A stretch of 63,501 bases of DNA, counting the filler, from Corallochytrium limacisporum Hawaii (taxonomy: Eukaryota > Protista > Pluriformea): assembly GCA_002811645.1 (NCBI GenBank). It is 8 parts of 8 records of this genome, joined end to end, with 100 filler letters (N's around TTAATTAATTAA, not from the genome) between each part and the next. Parts side by side here need not be neighbours in the genome. Positions count along the whole stretch, not along the records: positions 56,862 to 62,210 come from PDIP01000136.1; positions 62,311 to 63,501 come from PDIP01000229.1; 6 more parts are not named here. One strand, written 5' to 3'. Below the pieces are notes generated by a model, which was not told the DNA's origin, ran no database searches, and was given only the letters and a program-made list of their open reading frames with translations. Position numbers and translations under genes: made by a program. Shown piece by piece: positions 56,930-63,501 of the stretch (positions within the stretch are counted from its first letter, which is position 1; every line of letters starts with the position of its first letter).

Positions 56930-58567
56930 CCAAGAAATAGGAAGCATATTTTCCAGTACTTTGTGCCCATGAAACTGCCAGCCCACTTAGATATGCGGCC
57001 ATAGCAAAGTGGTCCCCGTTATGGAGAACTCAGGTTCTCTTGAACGGCAGGATGGCTGGAGAAATAGCAGCAACAGTCACCGCGCACAGGACATTGTAGA
57101 ATGTTTCAGTCCCCGAGAGTACTTCGGTGGTCACAGAACGAGAAAACTCAGGCGTTGGCTAATGCAAAAGGAAAGTGAGAGAAAATAGGCAGCACAAAGG
57201 GCAGCAAAATGACGAAGTAGACCGGCTGGGTGTGTGCAGCAGTGTCGAAGTGTGTGTCAAAGGTCTGCCTTCACTAGGTCACCATTTTCCGTTGTGTGGA
57301 AGCATATGGAGGGCGGAGTCGAGCAAAATGTTAATAAACCGGCTCGCAGCAGAAACGTTGTAGAGTGCAGAACGGAAGGTAAGGATCGTTCTGCGTATCT
57401 TGCACAGAGGATATTCTGTATAGAGTGCAGGATGTAATTGTGGTTGTGCTATGGACAAAACTTTCGCAAAAACCAGAAAAACGGTCAGAGCATTGGGACG
57501 CCGTTGACATGACGTTGCAGCACCCCGCAAATTGACACATAATCCTCCTGCCGCCGACTACTTCCTGGGTTATGTATGCGTTCCCTGTTTCAAGCCACCA
57601 CTGCACTGAGCCACGTCCCTATTGAACAATCCCCATGCGTGGGCACAAGGTACGGTTGTGCCGTTGAGGCACATGGTACCCTCCCCTGCCCTTCGTCAGA
57701 GGTCGTCAACAAGGCAGGCAACAGGTGCGACAAATCGGGAAGAATTCGGGAGGGGGCGAGGGAGAGAGGTGTGGTATTGTCTTCACTTCTGACGTGGTTT
57801 GCAGGGGAACACCGGTCTGTTGGGTGCGGCGGTCCCTTACCCTTCACGCTAGCCGCCGTCAACCCGCAGGAAATCAGTCGGATCAGCCATATCAAAACTG
57901 ACACTGGACCATTACGCGAACGGAAACAGTAATTAGTTTCGCCGTGGAAAAGGCGACTTTTGCAACGAACACTGACAGCAGCAAACAAAATCAGATAGTC
58001 GTCCTCCAGAGTCAGCAATCAGTAGGGAACGCATCATTTTCAAGCTAATTAACACCTCAGAAAAAGGATAGCCACTCTGAGTCAAAGTTTACACTATTTT
58101 CTCCAACCCGGCGCGAGCGCTCACTCCAGGATGTCCGAGGCTGAGAGTGCGTTGAGCGGGTTGAGCATGGTAGTTGTGGTGTACCAACCGCTCCGTGTTC
58201 TCCCGCATCTATGCTTTCTTATTTGTTACGCAACCCAACTACCAAGTGATCCGTGCTGAGCGATTGTAGTTTGCTTCTTCGGTTCAGGGCGGTCTCGGCA
58301 CCCATACTTCCGCCCTGTGAGGACATCTACCGCGCACACATGATACGGCAAGCAGCCCCTCTACCTCTGATCTCTATTTGAATCTGATTTACAAATGAAG
58401 CGTATATTAATTCAAAATATTTTATACAGCCCAATTGTACCCCAACGGGTCCCGAGGAAACCTGACTGGCCACCGCACAGGAAAAAGGGAGAAAAGGGGG
58501 GTGTCAAGGTGGTCGGTGTGGAGAATAGGAATTGGACAAGGGCCGCGAAGCGCAAGGGACTCGATAA

Positions 58568-58801
58568 TGCGTCCTGCCGCCGAAGCACATCGCTACTGGG
58601 GACGTAGATCGCAAGCTGCGAGTGTGGGACCGCCAGACTCGGGAACTGCTCTTCAAGCTTGAAGGCCATAACGGTGGTATCTGCGCTATGATTTTGCTTC
58701 AGTACGTGGTTGCCACGGGCTCGTGGGACAAATCAATTCGCATTTGGAAGCTCAGTTCCGGAGACACAGCACAGACCCTACACGGTCACCAATTCTCTTA
58801 A
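58568..58801 (+). pseudogene. WD40-repeat fragment (about 2 repeats) absent from the ORF track
   Basis: HIATGDVDRKLRVWDRQTRELLFKLEGHNGGICAM...VATGSWDKSIRIWKLSSGDTAQTLHGH*. Confidence 0.75.
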
Positions 58802-58883
58802 AGAAGAATCAATGCGAAGCATTGATAAGGACTTTTATATTGAAACAGTTGTGTGCATAAAACTGATGATGTCTTGCATGGAA

Positions 58884-59741
58884 TCATTGTTCACTAAGCT
58901 CGTACTCCCATACACGCTTCAATCGATCTTCCAGCGACGGATGATCGTAGACAAAGTCTGGAAAAAGACGTGGCGGTGTCATCGCCACGGCTTGGGAGAA
59001 GAAGCCGATGGCAGCATGACCGAGTCCTGCCTCCCGGACCGCTACATCATCTGCAGCGTACTCCGCCTTGCGGTTCAGTGCCTTTATCACCAGTGTACCG
59101 GCTACCAGTTGGCATGTGACTGCAAAGAGAGAGACATGCCATGGTCGACCGCGAAGGATGGTCAAATGATAGTACTGGATGAGCATGGATGAGCCCAAGA
59201 GTCCTTGGCAGAGACGGAGCCGTGCGCTATCCTCCCTGCGCAAATGAGCAATTTCATGCGCGAGGGCAAATGCGGCTTGTGGATTGAGCCGAGACTCCAT
59301 GGTATATCCCGTGTTCCCATAGCGGTGACGGATCACTATAGGTTCTTCAGTGTCCCGCGGTGTTGGTTTCAGTTGCGCGTCCACGTTCAAGGTGCTTAGA
59401 TCGATGACCTTTTGCTGCATAGGTGCGGTCTCTACGTAGAAGAAAGATTCCGGCACAATGATGAACGCCCGTCCGCCGAAGAGGCGAGATCCTGTGGCTG
59501 CACAGCTCGGTGGCTTTCGAACGACCACTAGCTCTGTATTGTCTAGATTTGTTCCACATCGCTCGGCCAGCTTTCCAACCAGTTCCCGAAACTCGCTAGG
59601 GCATGGATCGAAACGGGATCTACCGAAAAGGTGGCGCAATTGTCGGCTCTGTAAGTCTGGAGCCACGATGCTAGGTGCCAACGCCCAAAGAGTTGTGGCG
59701 GTACCGATTGCAGCCACATATGCTCCGAATCTACTGGCCAT
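58884..59741 (-). CDS. M48-family zinc metalloprotease-like membrane protein
   Basis: ALAHEIAH, EYAAD, YDHPSLEDR. Confidence 0.82.
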   Translation of the reverse strand: MASRFGAYVAAIGTATTLWALAPSIVAPDLQSRQLRHLFGRSRFDPCPSEFRELVGKLAERCGTNLDNTELVVVRKPPSCAATGSRLFGGRAFIIVPESFFYVETAPMQQKVIDLSTLNVDAQLKPTPRDTEEPIVIRHRYGNTGYTMESRLNPQAAFALAHEIAHLRREDSARLRLCQGLLGSSMLIQYYHLTILRGRPWHVSLFAVTCQLVAGTLVIKALNRKAEYAADDVAVREAGLGHAAIGFFSQAVAMTPPRLFPDFVYDHPSLEDRLKRVWEYELSEQ

Positions 59742-60485
59742 GGCTATCTCGTTTACTCCTGCTTCTTTGACGTGGACTGTGATTGTGCAGATTCGTCAGC
59801 TGCCCGTGACATATAGAAACCGATGGCCAGCACGTGTGCAACCAGAGCGCCGACTACCAGGGTCCACACTACACTCGTGGTCAGTGGCTGTGAAGTAACG
59901 TCCTGGCCCATTTGCGAAGGTGAGGATCGGTGCCGGTATGGATGATCTACCTAGCAAAGGAATCACGTCTACCTCACGTAAACTTTCTGGATCTTTGTTT
60001 CTCGATAATCGGTTTTGGATTGAGTCTTTCATAAGCAATACATGATGTACACCATCTGATCACTGTACCCTGAAATACCCGTCGAGTGGACCGACTCCTT
60101 CCCCGTTTCTGTCGCGGTTTCAGTGTCATTTCGTCACCCGCTGTCGCTGAGACTTGCGACCTACCACCGTTCGCCCCGGTCCTCTCCTCCCCTTCCCGTG
60201 AGGGGAGGGCATTTCTATCGGGTGCGCGCCAAAGATGACACCGCTACCTCAGTGCGGGTTCGGACTGTCCGTCTGTGTGTTCCAATAAGCTACGAAATGA
60301 CAGAGATGCAGCATTGGACATTTCGGCTACAAGAGAATATCATACGCAAATCTTTATGATCGTTGGCCTAGAAATTCGTCGAGAAATTCTGAACGACTGA
60401 TTTTCTTCGGGCGGCATCAAAGACTTGGTGGGCCGTGAGGAGAAGAACACCGTGCGAACGGGCGTTCATAGACAGTGGGAACAAG

Positions 60486-60743
60486 ATGAAGGTCAAAATT
60501 AAAAAGTGGCACACAGTAGCGACATGGACTTGGAATACAAACGATGACAGCTGTGGAATATGCAGATTGGCTTTCGATAGTTGCTGTTCCGATTGCAAGA
60601 TGCCAGGCGACGATTGTACTATTGTGTGGGGACAGTGCAATCATTGCTTCCACATGCACTGCATCATGAAGTGGTTAGGGTCACAGACTGCAGAATCTCA
60701 GGCGTGCCCAATGTGCAGGCAGGCATGGCAATTTAGGGACTGA
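60486..60743 (+). CDS. ANAPC11: Anaphase-promoting complex subunit 11 (RING-H2)
   Basis: MKVKIKKWHTVATWTW, CGICRLAFD, CKMPGDDC, CNHCFHMHCI, CPMCRQ. Confidence 0.96.
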   Translation: MKVKIKKWHTVATWTWNTNDDSCGICRLAFDSCCSDCKMPGDDCTIVWGQCNHCFHMHCIMKWLGSQTAESQACPMCRQAWQFRD

Positions 60744-60797
60744 TGATGGGTTATTGTCAAATTGTGCTCGCTATCCATATCACTTTAATCTTCTGAG

Positions 60798-61724
60798 TTA
60801 CATCAAGTAGGGCAGAACTTTCTTTTCAAAAACATCCATATCCAGCTGCATGTGGTTACCAGGGGTTTCCAGGAAGACCAATTGACCATGCTCGTCCATC
60901 TTCTTAAGACCAAGCTGGTCTTTCTTGTAAAGATCAGTGTCCTGCAGCTTGAGCACGTCTTTGTCCTGACCAGGTGCGTAGAAGCCAAACCATTCACTTT
61001 CTTTGGGAATCACCACTGTGTCATTTGAGAACTTCACCATCACAAACTTGTTGAGACTCTGCAGACGATCAATGTAGTCTTGATTGTGCTTGTTCTCATT
61101 GTTAATGTCAGGAAGGAATTGGCAGTTGGCTTTGTAGTCCTTTTCGCGAAGCGGGTCGTGCCAATAGTTAGCCTGGGTGAAGTGGTTCTGCGCAAAGCTT
61201 GTGTAGGCTGCTGCTTTGATCACGCTCTTCATGGCGCTGCACTTGAAACCAGAGGCATCGGGAGGGCAGCTCGGCACACCGTCCACGCCCTGGTGCTGGC
61301 CACCAATAGTGATAAGGTTGTGTACCGGAGGATCGTTAAAACGCTGCACGTAAGCACGTAGGAATTGCCCTCCCTGACTGAAGCCAAGAGCATTGAAACC
61401 ACATTGTAGTTTTGGATCCTCCTTTATCTGCTTGGCCGCCACCTCAATTTGTTCATTGGCATTCATAAAGAAACCATTAGACTGATCTTTGCCAGGGGAC
61501 TCGCCGATCATGAGCGCCACGACGTATGCCCCAGTCTTTTCTTCCAGATACTTCTTCACCATTCCCATGGACTGCTTGTTGCAGCACGTGTCCCCCATAC
61601 CATGCCACAGAACAATAGGAAAGGGTTCTTTGTCAGCGTTGAGTGGCCTGTTGATGGACAGACCGGCGGACAGGCCAGCTGACAACAGGGCCAATACAGT
61701 GATCACGAATTTCCACAGCAACAT
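60798..61724 (-). CDS. PPT1: Palmitoyl-protein thioesterase 1
   Basis: Signal peptide; WHGMGDTCC, GFSQGGQFLR, QANYWHDP, PKESEWFG. Confidence 0.95.
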   Translation of the reverse strand: MLLWKFVITVLALLSAGLSAGLSINRPLNADKEPFPIVLWHGMGDTCCNKQSMGMVKKYLEEKTGAYVVALMIGESPGKDQSNGFFMNANEQIEVAAKQIKEDPKLQCGFNALGFSQGGQFLRAYVQRFNDPPVHNLITIGGQHQGVDGVPSCPPDASGFKCSAMKSVIKAAAYTSFAQNHFTQANYWHDPLREKDYKANCQFLPDINNENKHNQDYIDRLQSLNKFVMVKFSNDTVVIPKESEWFGFYAPGQDKDVLKLQDTDLYKKDQLGLKKMDEHGQLVFLETPGNHMQLDMDVFEKKVLPYLM

Positions 61725-62210
61725 GTCTCTTGTGAATGAATTTCCCAAGAACAATGTGAAGGCTATCTTCATTGCGTGTCTCACTCGTGGCACGGGACAG
61801 ATGCGAAATACCTGCATGTAATGGACTCATTCACCAACGGAAGGTAGAATTGGATCGCATGAGATGGGTGGTAGGTGCAACCGGTTCAGTCTCCCGGGTG
61901 TTCCGTTTTGAGAGACGGGTCTTCCGAATCATTCAAGCAAATTGAGGGACGCCCCCGCCCCCAATTGGAAAACAGGGAAATTTAAAGACGTCAGTATAGT
62001 ATAATGAGGCCTGGAGCGATGTAGTCTCCTGGATCGGTAAAGAATTGGCTCGTCGGTGCCCACATCGTAGAAAAAACCAATCGATTGCGCACTGGGCACA
62101 ACGCCGCGCAAAGCACAAACCACGGACGAGTGGAAGCAGGCTGCTTTTGGGAGAGCAGGCATATAAAGGTTGCGCCCCTTTGGGTGGGTGGGGGGGGGGG
62201 GGGAGGGGGG

Positions 62211-62310
62211 NNNNNNNNNNNNNNNNNNNNNNNNNNNNNNNNNNNNNNNNNNNNTTAATTAATTAANNNNNNNNNNNNNNNNNNNNNNNNNNNNNNNNNN
62301 NNNNNNNNNN
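62211..62310. other. Artificial contig linker
   Basis: 44N-TTAATTAATTAA-44N. Confidence 0.98.
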
Positions 62311-62311
62311 G

Positions 62312-62908
62312 TGCTTTGAAGTGAACTATTTTGGCCTCGTCGACGTCACCAAGAAGGTTCTTCCCATGATTCAAAGGGCCAAAGGTACCGTGGTCAACGT
62401 ATCCTCAACGGCTGGTCATGTCGCGTCTCCTGGAATGGCTGCCTATGCCGGGACAAAGTACGCAGTGCAAGCTTTCAGTGACTCACTGCGAGCGGAGATG
62501 CTCCCGTTTGATGTGAAGGTTGTATTGATTGAGCCCGGTTTCATCAACACCAATATCATCAGTGCCGGTCTCAATCATAACAAAGACCTTGTACGCAAGG
62601 CTGATCCAAACATCTGTGCGAAGTACGGTGGTGACAAACTTCTGGACAGCCTTGATGAAGCCCGGAAAACCATCTCCACGATTCAAGGTGAGCCCATAAT
62701 CATCGTTAACGCTATGACTGATGCAGTTATGGCTCGCAATCCGTACCCACGCTATATGCTTCCAATGCATGCTCGGGTCCTGATGCGAATGAACTGGCTG
62801 TTGCCTGAGTATTTCATGGATCAGATAGGTGCGGCTGACATGATGCCTGCATGCAAAGAGGTCCAGAGGGACATTGCTTCCGGTAAGATCAGACTCAATG
62901 GCGCATAG
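62312..62908 (+). CDS. SDR (retinol/17-beta-HSD-like), 5' end truncated by the gap
   Basis: EVNYFG, VVNVSS, YAGTK, IEPG. Confidence 0.88.
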   Translation, partial: CFEVNYFGLVDVTKKVLPMIQRAKGTVVNVSSTAGHVASPGMAAYAGTKYAVQAFSDSLRAEMLPFDVKVVLIEPGFINTNIISAGLNHNKDLVRKADPNICAKYGGDKLLDSLDEARKTISTIQGEPIIIVNAMTDAVMARNPYPRYMLPMHARVLMRMNWLLPEYFMDQIGAADMMPACKEVQRDIASGKIRLNGA

Positions 62909-63501
62909 GCACAGGCCGTACATGTGCATTTCTCAAAGCGCACCCGTTGCTGTTGAACCCTACTGCGCACTCCTTATTTCCAACTGAGACACTCAAAGGG
63001 AACACCTTCCGTACATTCAGTATAGGAATGGCCGTTGCTTGGACAAGGGGGAGGGAAAGAAATTTTCGTCTTGCCTTGACATTCTTCCGATCGCTTCTTC
63101 CACTGAATCATATGGTAGTAACGAATTCAGCAGAGCAGGGGAGTGGCCGACCTACAAATTGTCCCCCCCATCTCCCTCTCCCACTCTCTGCTTCCGTCCT
63201 AACTTTCTACACACACCTGGGCGGACGACCGTGGCTTTCGCATTGGCTGGCCCCGGACAACGGGTGCGCACTGTCGGAATTGCGAGCGCGGGGATGAGGT
63301 GTACGGGGAGGGAGGAAGGATGAAGGAGAAGTAGGAGCTTGGATATCTAGTGGTCTAATCGGTGCCGCTACCGGTGGTGTAGATCCTAGTATTCAAGGTA
63401 TGGTGTCGATGGTGCATGGGGATAGATTAGATCTATACTGACGCAGAACCTCGAGTGTGCTAGTTAGAAAACGAACGCGCGCCAGAATGGATGCTCAGAC
63501 T

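Noticed and set aside
15766-62310. Repeated TTAATTAATTAA as a biological repeat or CRISPR-like array
   Set aside because: Always centred in 44+44 N; it is an artificial six-frame-stop linker.
1-63501. tRNA, rRNA or snRNA genes
   Set aside because: No convincing cloverleaf or conserved RNA motif seen by eye; tRNAscan-SE and Infernal would be needed to exclude them.

Overview
This is eukaryotic nuclear DNA, not prokaryotic. The window is eight short contigs joined by artificial 100-bp linkers (44N-TTAATTAATTAA-44N). Genes are compact and appear intronless. They include GlnRS, mS25, TFIIF-beta, APC11, PPT1, a DH-PH RhoGEF, an OPT transporter, gamma-glutamyl hydrolase, two SDRs and an M48 peptidase. 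Several enzymes look bacterial-type: a DesA/FAD6-type desaturase, carbamate kinase, a class-C beta-lactamase-family hydrolase, a CocE/NonD hydrolase and a GT42/Maf-like transferase. Gene content, TTAGGG repeats and the lack of introns suggest an intron-poor unicellular opisthokont, possibly Corallochytrium-like; this is inference only. The strongest unexplained structure is at contig ends. Four contigs start with (CCCTAA)n-type telomeric repeats, and in two of them the repeat sits inside, or 4 bp from the inferred stop of, a secreted Cys-rich gene. Five other ends are termini of a TA-flanked inverted-repeat element family (TA|CYAYCCTCTG). The telomere-bearing contigs carry orphan secreted or Cys-rich genes and pseudogenes that share a GGTATTTAAG motif about 80-125 bp upstream of the ATG. 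Many intergenic homopolymer-rich patches may be assembly artefacts.
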